Assembly: GCA_900548215.1 (NCBI GenBank)
Contig: URJI01000003.1
Coordinates: forward strand, 3,767 to 67,766
Source: an uncultured Coprococcus sp.
Lineage (GTDB): Bacteria > Bacillota > Clostridia > Lachnospirales > Lachnospiraceae
DNA: 64,000 nt
Direction: 5' to 3'
Below, one piece after another: positions 1 to 9,300 of this stretch. The notes beneath the pieces are model-generated. The model saw nothing but the letters and a program-made list of their open reading frames with translations, was not told the origin of the DNA and searched no databases. The translations under genes were made by a program, and so were the position numbers. The stretch's first letter is position 1; each line of letters begins with the position of its first letter.

Positions 1-676
1 ATGTATAGAGCTCGGGAAACTGGCTGTATACATCACTTATTATCACCTTTATCTGCCTTATGGCATCAAGGCAGTTCGTCTGCTTTACCGCTGCAAAGCT
101 TACAAATATCACCGGATATGTTCCCTGAATCTTCATATATTCAGCATAATCCGATATATATAAATTATCGAACAAATCCCTCCTGTCTCTGTATCTGACA
201 GAAAAGAAACATTCCAGCATACTCATATTAAGTGTCTTGCCGAATCTTCTCGGTCTGGTTATAAGAGTTACCGCATCTCCAGACTCCCACCATTCCTTGA
301 TAAAATACGTCTTATCTATGTAGAAATACCCAGATTCCCTTATACTGTCAAATCCCTGATTACCTATACTTACAACTGTATCGCTATCAATATTACGATT
401 ATCAATCGATATGGAAACTTTTCTGTTCATGGCCGCAGCAATCTTCACAAGAAACTCCAGGCTTGGATTATAATTTCCACTCTCAAATCTGGTTATATTA
501 GGCTGGGATACTCCTGCAAGCTTTCCAAGTTCTGCCTGGGTGATTCCCTCTGCTGCACGACATTCCCGGAATTTTCTGGCAGTATCTGTACAGATTCTGT
601 TCTGCTCGTATTCAATGACAGACTCCCTGTCACCAGCATTCACTATAAAATCACTATTGTCAATGCGATCGTCCAT
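1..676 (-). CDS. XRE/Cro-type HTH fused to an AAA-ATPase-like domain (family usually ending in a PD-(D/E)XK nuclease domain); 3' end runs off the window
   Basis: Manual translation from ATG at 676: MDDRID...EGITQAELGKLAGVSQPNITRFESGNYNPSLEFLVKIAAAM (XRE HTH), then SIGNQGFDSIRESGYFYIDKT...LITRPRRFGKTLNMSML (Walker A signature of the AAA-ATPase_like family). Purine-rich RBS-like GAGGCGGTGA upstream. Absent from the ORF track because there is no stop within the window. Confidence 0.85.
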   Translation of the reverse strand, partial: MDDRIDNSDFIVNAGDRESVIEYEQNRICTDTARKFRECRAAEGITQAELGKLAGVSQPNITRFESGNYNPSLEFLVKIAAAMNRKVSISIDNRNIDSDTVVSIGNQGFDSIRESGYFYIDKTYFIKEWWESGDAVTLITRPRRFGKTLNMSMLECFFSVRYRDRRDLFDNLYISDYAEYMKIQGTYPVIFVSFAAVKQTNCLDAIRQIKVIISDVYSQFPELYT

Positions 677-702
677 ATCTTCACCGCCTCTCTGCAAACG
701 CA

Positions 703-756
703 AATATACCGTATATGATATAAATTTATTATATCATATACGGTATATTGATTCAA
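703..756 (-). promoter_or_regulatory. sigmaA-type promoter overlapped by a perfect 21-bp inverted repeat (probable autoregulatory operator pair)
   Basis: Minus strand reads TTGAAT-N17-TATAAT with TG just upstream of the -10. Arms 703-723 and 729-749 are exact reverse complements. Confidence 0.75.
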
Positions 757-788
757 CATAATACAAAAATAGAATATGCTGGGAACTG

Positions 789-2114
789 CTACTTTGCCAG
801 CAGTTCAAACCAGAACACATCATAACCTGCCGCAGCGGCAACTCTCTGGGAGGCTATATGGGACATGCCAGTTCCATAATATGGTATCCTGCCACTTCTG
901 AGTATATCCATAGTGAGTTCAGATACCAGCGATGTACCCACATGCCTTCCCTCAGCATCTTGAACAACATTTATACCAATCTGCCAGAAGTCGTCACTGT
1001 CAGCGCTTGCGCCAGCCATACCAATAATCTCACCATCTGATACAGCAGCCACAGCCAGCACATCAGGAGTGTTATCATCAAAGCAAAATGCTTCATTCCA
1101 TCTGTCATCTCCTTTGAATTGCAGGATCTCATCACCCGTATACCTGACAAGGTTAAAATCTTCTTTTATCATCGAATCAACGGTTTTATCTGTATTATCT
1201 TTTCTCGCTGCCTGTTCGCTCAGTTCCGTCGGAAGGTAAAATGGGTGGGCAGATTTCAATTTGCATCCGTATCTGGAAAGAATACTGTCAAGCTCACGAA
1301 AATTCTCTATATCCATGAACCATTTTCCAGATGCATTCTCATAGCGTTTTCTGCATTCTTCTACAATCTCTCTCCTACCGGTAAATAGCAGCTTGCCATT
1401 TACCACAGCTATTTTGAGTGGACACTTTTCCTGTCCTTTGAACCGTCTTTGTCCTTCTATCTGTTTGTATTCAGAAAATATATTGTCACCGGAATATATA
1501 ACGGCCGCATCACAGCAATAATCTCTTGCCAGCTGATCATACAGTGCATTCTTCATCTTCCAAGACAGCCAATGTTTTCTCGTCATAATATTCGTATGTC
1601 CTATCCGGACTTCATTCAAAAGAGGCACATCCACTTCATCACAGGTATGATGAAACACAAATCCGAGCTTTTCTTGTACTATGCGGGACTTGGAATTGCC
1701 ATCGTAGTAACCGCACCATATCGTTCTCATGCTCAGATCAAGGAATCCATGTTCTATAAGCCTCCCAGCCGCCTCCGGTGCGTATTCGTTGCCCCAGTGA
1801 GGCTTTCCTATCCAGTATCCAAGCTCACATTCGTCATCGCGATCTGTCATATCTGTCCTTCCATTTAACAGCAATTCGATGGCACCGACAACCAAGCCGT
1901 TGTCCTTCAGACACACAGCGTAACACTCCGGCCCATTAAATACATTCCGTATCACATCAAGGCTGTACTCCCTGCTCTCATGCACAGGCCAGCCAGCTAT
2001 AGGTCCCACATCAGGGTCACTTGCATATTCAAATAATATATCTGCGTCACTCTCCTGCCAGTGACGTAATATTAACCTATTAGTTTCTAAAATCAAATCA
2101 TATTCCCCTTTCAC
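789..2114 (-). CDS. Two-domain GNAT acetyltransferase (RimJ/RimL-like N-terminal domain plus a second GNAT domain)
   Basis: N-terminal LETNRLILRHW...ELGYWIGKPHWGNEYA...NSKSRIVQEKLGF; C-terminal WQIGINV...GRHVG...SHIASQRVAAAAGY. Confidence 0.8.
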   Translation of the reverse strand: MKGEYDLILETNRLILRHWQESDADILFEYASDPDVGPIAGWPVHESREYSLDVIRNVFNGPECYAVCLKDNGLVVGAIELLLNGRTDMTDRDDECELGYWIGKPHWGNEYAPEAAGRLIEHGFLDLSMRTIWCGYYDGNSKSRIVQEKLGFVFHHTCDEVDVPLLNEVRIGHTNIMTRKHWLSWKMKNALYDQLARDYCCDAAVIYSGDNIFSEYKQIEGQRRFKGQEKCPLKIAVVNGKLLFTGRREIVEECRKRYENASGKWFMDIENFRELDSILSRYGCKLKSAHPFYLPTELSEQAARKDNTDKTVDSMIKEDFNLVRYTGDEILQFKGDDRWNEAFCFDDNTPDVLAVAAVSDGEIIGMAGASADSDDFWQIGINVVQDAEGRHVGTSLVSELTMDILRSGRIPYYGTGMSHIASQRVAAAAGYDVFWFELLAK

Positions 2115-2204
2115 ATAAGACTTTATTTTTCTGATACGCCTATTCTAAATTATATATGCCACTAAATGTCACACTCACTGTTTAGCTAATTCAGCCTTTT
2201 TACC

Positions 2205-3560
2205 TCAGTCTGTGCTTTCCCAGTTCTTCACTATCCTCAGATATTTACCGAGATTGATAAATGATCTAACGATCTCGTCCACTATGACTGCAAGGAAAAC
2301 TCCGGCTATTCCAAGCTTAAGGACAAACACAAACAAAAGTGCCACAGAAACCACCCACAATGTGCCAAACAGCTGTGTTATGAGCATCCAAATCGTGTTG
2401 CCACTGCCCCTGATCGCATTGCCAACAACTATGTTTGCTGATTTTGCGAACAGATTGATGCTGATAAAGATCAGATATATCCCACACGATGCAATTATAC
2501 TCTTGTCGTTGGTGAAAAGTGATATGATCTGCTGTGGAAACGCAAGACAGACACCGAGTGTGATGATTCCAACTACTATACACAAGCCATACGCACAGAC
2601 GCATACACCCTTGTATTTACCCAGATCATTGTTTCCTTTTGCCTCACCGGTTAGTGTCATTGTACCGTTTCCTATCGCTCCAATGATGACAACCGCCAGT
2701 ACCTCGACACTGAATATGATGGAATAAATTCCGGCAGCCATCTCATTTATGGTGTTGAGAATCCTTATAAGCAGCAGATTGCCAAGATTCCATGCAAAAT
2801 CCTCAAGAGCTGTGTTCACTCCCAGCTTTGCCGACAAAAGATACGGCTTTATATGTGCCTTTACCACCCATTTCATAGATGGTTTAGTGTTAAGTTTCTT
2901 GCTTGATATCACGAATATCACTGCAAATATAAGTCCAGAGTACTCCGCTATTGTCGTCGCTATGGCTGCACCCTTTATCCCCATGGCTGGAAACCCAAAT
3001 CTTCCAAATATCATAACCCAGTCAAGTAGTATATTTACACCAGATCTTAATATTCCATATACAACAAGTGGTTTGGTATAGTTTGATGTCTGGAGTATGA
3101 CGCTGAATGCACCGCCCAGTCCTGTTATCAAAAATACGGGCGCATAATACCTGGAATAATCAAGACACATCGGCATCAGGCCGTCTGACACACCCATGAG
3201 TCCGAATACAAATTCAGCGCAGAATGTCCAGAAGAAAAATAACAGTATCGGTATGATATTATTGTATTTCACCATGGCACCGGAGTATTCCTCTATGTGT
3301 TCGGTATCTCCTGCACCAACGCTTTGACTTATCAGTATAGACGCTCCTGTCACGATGGAGAAACAAAACGACATGGTGGTCCACATCGGTGAAGTCACAT
3401 TGCCAAGTGCACTCATGTACATGCTGTTTACGTGTCCTAAGAATATTCTGTCTATAAGCATCTGGAGCTGAGATATCAGATTGCTAAGCATGATCGGAAC
3501 CGCAATATTTAACAGTCCCGGAAGGTATTTTTTATTAGTCTGTATTATTGTATTTTTCAC
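2205..3560 (-). CDS. MATE family efflux transporter
   Basis: About 12 hydrophobic segments with AVPIMLSNL...IDRIFLG and NILLDWVMIFGRFGFPAMGIKGAAIAT motifs. Likely GTG start at 3560 behind GAGG (ORF track extends to 3617). Confidence 0.9.
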   Translation of the reverse strand: MKNTIIQTNKKYLPGLLNIAVPIMLSNLISQLQMLIDRIFLGHVNSMYMSALGNVTSPMWTTMSFCFSIVTGASILISQSVGAGDTEHIEEYSGAMVKYNNIIPILLFFFWTFCAEFVFGLMGVSDGLMPMCLDYSRYYAPVFLITGLGGAFSVILQTSNYTKPLVVYGILRSGVNILLDWVMIFGRFGFPAMGIKGAAIATTIAEYSGLIFAVIFVISSKKLNTKPSMKWVVKAHIKPYLLSAKLGVNTALEDFAWNLGNLLLIRILNTINEMAAGIYSIIFSVEVLAVVIIGAIGNGTMTLTGEAKGNNDLGKYKGVCVCAYGLCIVVGIITLGVCLAFPQQIISLFTNDKSIIASCGIYLIFISINLFAKSANIVVGNAIRGSGNTIWMLITQLFGTLWVVSVALLFVFVLKLGIAGVFLAVIVDEIVRSFINLGKYLRIVKNWESTD

Positions 3561-3713
3561 GATAGATTTCCTCTTTCTGTATTGTTTCTTAAGGATATGT
3601 ATTTCTATAAACTCCAAGCTCTATTGTCGCAATAATCATAACATGACAGCATATCCAATTATATCAACGCATGCTTTATTCTGCATTACACCTGTGGTGT
3701 GATATAACAAAAT

Positions 3714-3745
3714 AAAGTGCATGAACCATTTGATTCATGCACCTT
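3714..3745. terminator. Hairpin, probable terminator downstream of the rpn remnant
   Basis: GTGCATGAA (3717-3725) pairs with TTCATGCAC (3734-3742), flanked by A/T runs. Confidence 0.55.
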
Positions 3746-3772
3746 ACTTTACATACATTTATCTTCAAATTA

Positions 3773-4208
3773 TCAGTCCAGATCAAGCCAATATGCTATA
3801 TGTTCAGCAAGATCATCCTCGTCCATCTCAGGATGCTCTGCTATGTAATCTTTTATCTCATATATTTGCTGTTCTTTGATTCCCAGTATTTTAGCAGCAA
3901 TCTCGGCATCTTTTACATCTAAGTTTTTTACACGATCAATCAATAACATATATTTTCCTAGCAGTTTATTTTCATTATCCCTCATTAACAATGTCATAAA
4001 TTCGCGCCTCCATTTCTTATTGCTTTTAACATTATTGACCTCTTCATCAAGAGATCGTGTTAGATCACTTGCAGGATCAGCTCCACCAATATAGTGAAGC
4101 AACTCTTTTACTTCATCACTCACATAGTGCTTTACACAATTTCGAATTCTGCATTACAGCACCAAAAATAAAATTGTCCGTTATGGTCTTATCTTTAAAT
4201 ATCGTCAT
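3773..4208 (-). pseudogene. Rpn family (PD-(D/E)XK recombination-promoting nuclease / putative transposase) gene with the central nuclease region deleted
   Basis: GGAGG RBS then ATG at 4208 gives MTIFKDKTITDNFIFGAVMQNSKLCKALCE* (typical Rpn N-terminus). This is joined out of frame to SDEVKELLHYIGG...VNNVKSNKKWRREFMT (typical Rpn C-terminal region). Confidence 0.75.
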
Positions 4209-4380
4209 TTTATATGTCCTCCTGTATGTGCCTCTCCAAGCGCAATGTCAGTCCTTCATATAAAAATCTTGTTTAGATTATAACTTTTATTTAATCATAC
4301 TACAACCGCATATCATCTAAAAGTTCTATAAAATCAACTCCCCAATATAATATATAGATACCACAAAAAGAGGTAAATAT

Positions 4381-6237
4381 ATGTGTTCCATCGCAGGATT
4401 CTATAACTCCAGCAGGGATTTCAATACCGAACAGGAACGATACTCATACATATTGAACGACATGAATAAGGCACTTGCTCACAGAGGTCCGGATGCACAG
4501 AATACAGTGCTGTCATCCCACTGTGGGCTTGCTCACACCAGACTGTCCATACGTGACGTGGCAAGAGGCGAACAACCCATGAAAAAGAAAATCGGAGAAA
4601 AAGCTGTATACATAGTGTACAACGGTGAGATCTACAACACAAAGGAGCTGAAATCGGAGCTGCTCGCCCTTGGATATACATTTGACACAACATCGGATAC
4701 AGAGGTTATACTCAACTGCTTTCTGCATTATGGCCCAGACTTTGTACATAGATTGAACGGTATATTTGCATTTGCAATATATGATGAGCATATCCAGACA
4801 ATATATCTGTACAGAGACCACTTCGGTGTCAAACCACTGTATTACTCAGTGACATACGACAGGACTCTTGTATTTGCATCGGAGATAAAAGGGATACTAT
4901 GCTATCCGGGCATACGACCTGTCATAGATGCAAATGGACTGTGTGAAGTGTTTGGAATTGGTCCGTCCAAAACTCCCGGCTGCGGTGTGTTCAAGAACAT
5001 AGACGAAGTGAAACCGGGACATTTTATGAAGTTTTCAGCATATGGAATGAGTGACTTCACATATTACCGCATCACAAGCACACCACATACGGACAGCTAC
5101 GAAGACACAGTGAAAAAAGTTCGATATCTTGTTAAGGACAGTATAGAAAAACAGATTGTATCAGATGTACCTATTTGCACTTTTCTCTCAGGCGGGATCG
5201 ACTCGTCAATAGTCAGCAGCGTATGCGCCGCAAAACTCAGGGAGCAGGGGAAAAAGCTGCACACTTTCTCATTTGATTTCAAAGATAATTCTAAATATTT
5301 CAAGTCAAATGCATTCCAGCCGGAGCAGGATCGTCCATATGTCGACATGATGGTCTCGCACATAGATTCAAACCACACATATCTGTCTTGTAATTATAGT
5401 GATCTTGCAGATTACCTCTACACATCCGTAGAATCCAGGGATATGCCGACCATGGCGGATGTGGATTCTTCCCTTCTCTACTTCTGCTCACTTGTGGCAA
5501 ATGAATACAAAGTAGTATTGACCGGAGAATGTGCAGATGAGATATTCGGAGGCTATCCTTGGTTTTACAGGGATGAACTGCTGTCTGCTGACACATTCCC
5601 ATGGATGAAGGATCTGTCGCCAAGGCTCTCAGTACTGTCGCCGGACATCAGAGATAGTCTTGATATACCGGGATATGTGTCATCACTGTATAATTCTCTC
5701 CTGTCCGAGATCAATCTTCTTCCGGGGGAATCCGATACAGAAAAGCGACGCAGGCAGATATCTTATCTGAATATCAGGATGTTCATGCAGACATTGCTTG
5801 ACCGAATGGACAGAACAAGCATGGCAAGCGGACTTGAGGCGAGAGTTCCATTTGCAGATCCACGAATACTTGATTATGTGTTCAACGTTCCATGGGAGTA
5901 CAAATATTCCGAAGGCTGTGAGAAAAAGCTTCTGAGAGAAGCCATGAAGGATTACGTACCGCACGAGATCATGTACAGAAAGAAAAGCCCATATCCAAAG
6001 TCATATGACCCTCATTATGAACAGGAGCTTGCAAAGAGGCTTCTCTGCGTGCTAAACGATCCGGAAAGTCCTCTTCTGCCTCTCATCGACAGAGAATATG
6101 TGAAAAGTTTCATAAATGCGCCAAAGGATTACGGCAGACCTTGGTTCGGTCAGCTCATGGCAGGTCCTCAGATGATGGCATATCTTCTTCAGATCGATCA
6201 CTGGCTGAGAAAATATGCTATTGTCCTCGACATATAA
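4381..6237 (+). CDS. asnB: Asparagine synthase (glutamine-hydrolysing), AsnB/AsnO type
   Basis: N-terminal MCSIAG Ntn cysteine; HRGPD, YNGEIYN, LSGGIDSS, GECADEIFGGY and LEARVPF motifs. Confidence 0.95.
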   Translation: MCSIAGFYNSSRDFNTEQERYSYILNDMNKALAHRGPDAQNTVLSSHCGLAHTRLSIRDVARGEQPMKKKIGEKAVYIVYNGEIYNTKELKSELLALGYTFDTTSDTEVILNCFLHYGPDFVHRLNGIFAFAIYDEHIQTIYLYRDHFGVKPLYYSVTYDRTLVFASEIKGILCYPGIRPVIDANGLCEVFGIGPSKTPGCGVFKNIDEVKPGHFMKFSAYGMSDFTYYRITSTPHTDSYEDTVKKVRYLVKDSIEKQIVSDVPICTFLSGGIDSSIVSSVCAAKLREQGKKLHTFSFDFKDNSKYFKSNAFQPEQDRPYVDMMVSHIDSNHTYLSCNYSDLADYLYTSVESRDMPTMADVDSSLLYFCSLVANEYKVVLTGECADEIFGGYPWFYRDELLSADTFPWMKDLSPRLSVLSPDIRDSLDIPGYVSSLYNSLLSEINLLPGESDTEKRRRQISYLNIRMFMQTLLDRMDRTSMASGLEARVPFADPRILDYVFNVPWEYKYSEGCEKKLLREAMKDYVPHEIMYRKKSPYPKSYDPHYEQELAKRLLCVLNDPESPLLPLIDREYVKSFINAPKDYGRPWFGQLMAGPQMMAYLLQIDHWLRKYAIVLDI

Positions 6238-6323
6238 AAAGACTTCCAGCCTTCTGTATACATGTGGCGTATCAAAAATGGCGAATACGCTGCATGTACA
6301 AGAGGTCTGAAAGTCTTTTTTTT
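6236..6323. terminator. Long bidirectional hairpin terminator between convergent genes
   Basis: AAAAAGACTT...AAGTCTTTTT outer arms with inner TACATGTGGCGTAT/ATACGCTGCATGTA pairing. Sits between the asnB stop and the surface-protein stop. Confidence 0.7.
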
Positions 6324-6343
6324 GCAGGCAATTTATATATTTG

Positions 6344-9300
6344 TTATTTATAGATTGCTTTCGCAGAAGGACTGCCATTCTTTATCAGTTTCTTGTATGC
6401 TGTGACTTTATTTCTAGGTACTGCAAATGTAATTTTGCTGTATGTTCCACTGAAGGCTTTCGATCCAACGATCTTAAGTTTAGCTGACTTTATCGTCATC
6501 TTCTTAAGGTTTTTGCATGATAAAAATGCGTTTGCCCCTATGCTTGTCACATTGTTACCTATAGTGGCATTCTTTAGAACCGTATATCTGCTGAATGCAT
6601 TTGCGCTTACAGATGTTATCTTAAACCTTACATCTCCTACAATGACAGTATCTGCGATGGTCAGTGATGCAAATTTCTTATCTGACCTTGAGTACGTTGT
6701 TCCGGTAATTGCAACTGTGCCAGTGCCGTCTGCCTTTGCTCCGGTTATTGTGTACCTGAACTTCCCAACTGTATATGTCTTACCCTTGGCAGCCTTTACT
6801 ATGGTAAATGTCTTTGTTATCTTTCCTGAATATGCATTCTTACCACATATGGTCACACTTGCCTTGCCAACCGCTTTGTTCTTGCTGTAGGTTACAGTGT
6901 AATCCTTGTTCAGTCTAAGTGTCTTTGCACCAGCCTTGACAACAAGAGACTTCTGGGTATGTACCTTTCCATTGTAGATCTTGTTCTCTATTCCGGAAAC
7001 AGTGATCTTGCTTGTCTTTTTGCTTATATCAGTTGTTGCAAGTTTGGCAATACTTCCAATTTTAGTTGCTTTGCACACGGTACATGTGTATGTCTTCACA
7101 CCTGTCGCCGTGTATGTAGGTTTCCTTGTCACCCTGCCGGAATTCCACTTATGTCCAAGTTCCTTTACATACACACCTGTGCTCATGACTTCGCCGCAGA
7201 CCGAGCACTCTGTATGTCCTGTTCCTGCCTTTGTGCAGGTTGGAGCCTTCTCTCCTTTTAGTGTATACTTTACAGTCTTACCCTCTGAACATGCCGCTCT
7301 GTAGATGGTTATCTTAAGCTCTGTGCTGTCATAATTTTCCTTGTCATCGCCAGCGTATACAGCTGTTGCCACCACTGATCCGCCTGCCTTTATTGCAGTC
7401 TTAGCATCCGTATCAAGCCATGTCCAGCCCCCCGGAAGTGCAATACTTCCAACGGTCTTATGTGTATTATCTACACTTAACAGCAGATTCGGCATTGCAG
7501 CCTTGCTCACATTTACCGTGATCTCAATTTCTGCTGTGTTGTAATTCACACTGTCAGCCGGCGTAAACACAACGGTGTACAGCGTCTTGTCGCTGTCAGA
7601 TACAAATGGTTTTAGGGAATCATTCTTCCATGCAAATGTTCCAAATATCTCAACCTTGTTAATACCGTCAAAATATGCTGTTCCTCCGTATAAAACAGAC
7701 TTTGCAAGGCTGTCGCCGTATGTTATTGCGCTTGCCGTCGGCAAAACATCTATGTTTACATTGGCCTTTGAGACATTTACCTGGATAGTTCCTTTGACCG
7801 AATTGTAGTGCTTCTGGTCATCCGGGGTAAATACTACATCATAGTCTGTTACATCAACCGCAGGAACTGCGGAATCGTCAGCCCAGTTCCATGTTCCGGT
7901 TATGCTTTCTCCTGAAACTCCGATTACGGCTCCGCCCGAAATGCTTGCTTCATTTAAGGTTTTGTGTGGATCGTAGCTTATCAGATCTGCCACCGGAAGT
8001 TCATTGATAACCGGATCAGCTTTAACTATATCGAATTCAGCCTTGCAGTTTATATCGTAATTTCCGCCCGTGGCATCCGTGATGGTTATCGTCGCTGTTC
8101 CAACTTCTGTGTTGCCACTGTAGGATACTTCATATTCGCTTGAAGAAATGACTGTATCACCGTCCATAAGAGCAAACTCAGGCTCTACCTTCTGTCCTGT
8201 GTATGTGTACTCAGGCTTAAGTCCGTCAAATGTTGGACTGCTGATCTTCTTTGACTCGATTGTAAATGTTACTTTCTTTGTTCCTGAGTAAGCACCGATT
8301 CCTGTTACAATCGCAGTCGCTGTGCCGACATTTATATTGTCGGAATACGTTACATTATAATCTGAGCCTTCTTTTAGCTGTACAGAAAACATATTGTCCC
8401 AATTATAATATACCTTTACAGATGGTTTTAACTCACTTCCGGAGTAGATGATGTTTTTATTTTCATCTAACTCTGCATATACTTTATCGTTCAGCAATGC
8501 TCCAATTCTAAGCTTATTATCTTCTATACTTGTTGACAGATCAATTATAGAATCATCTGATGATGCGTTGAACCAATCTGACTTTAACGCAATGCCATCA
8601 CCTGCTACAGCATATGCAGCACCTTGTTGTACACCTATTCCATCCAGAACAATCGGAATAACATTATGAGGCTCTGCATTTATAATAATTTTTTCTCCGT
8701 ATATTCCATACAAATATATTCCATCATTGATTATTATATCACTGTTGTTAAAGTATAATTTTATTGTTTCATCAGCTAGGATTATCTTGTTTATATCTCC
8801 ACCATTTAGTATCAATTGACCCATAGTATGTATCGTTCCCGAAATTTTTACATTGCCAATTGTTACTGTTGAATCTTTTTTTATATCTAAATGACCTTTT
8901 ACGTCTCCTCCCGTCTTAGAATCAATTATCGTTATTTTTCCGTTATTTACATCAATATCATCTGTCTTATGTCCATTTATGTCTATAGTAAAATCAGAAT
9001 CAGTATTGTTTATATCAAGAACTGTATTCGTATCTTCCATAACGGTAACGACACTGCCTGGCATGTTTTCGGCATAACCTATTGCTTCCGGCAGTGAAAC
9101 ACAGGATATAGTCTCATCACCTTTTGTGACTGTCGCTGCAAGTTTTTCACCACAGTATTTGCATATGCCATCCTCGAAGTTATGTTTGCCAAATACATCC
9201 TTTTTCTCATTGCTGTATGACACCGAGGCAACGTCAGATGAATCGTTACAGCCTATATAAGTTATGCTCTTATATACCTTTGGGCCATGTAATACAGGAT

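Noticed and set aside
4381..6237. asnB as a lasso-peptide cyclase or other RiPP enzyme
   Set aside because: It has a complete glutaminase domain with Cys2, and there are no precursor, B-protein or transporter genes alongside.
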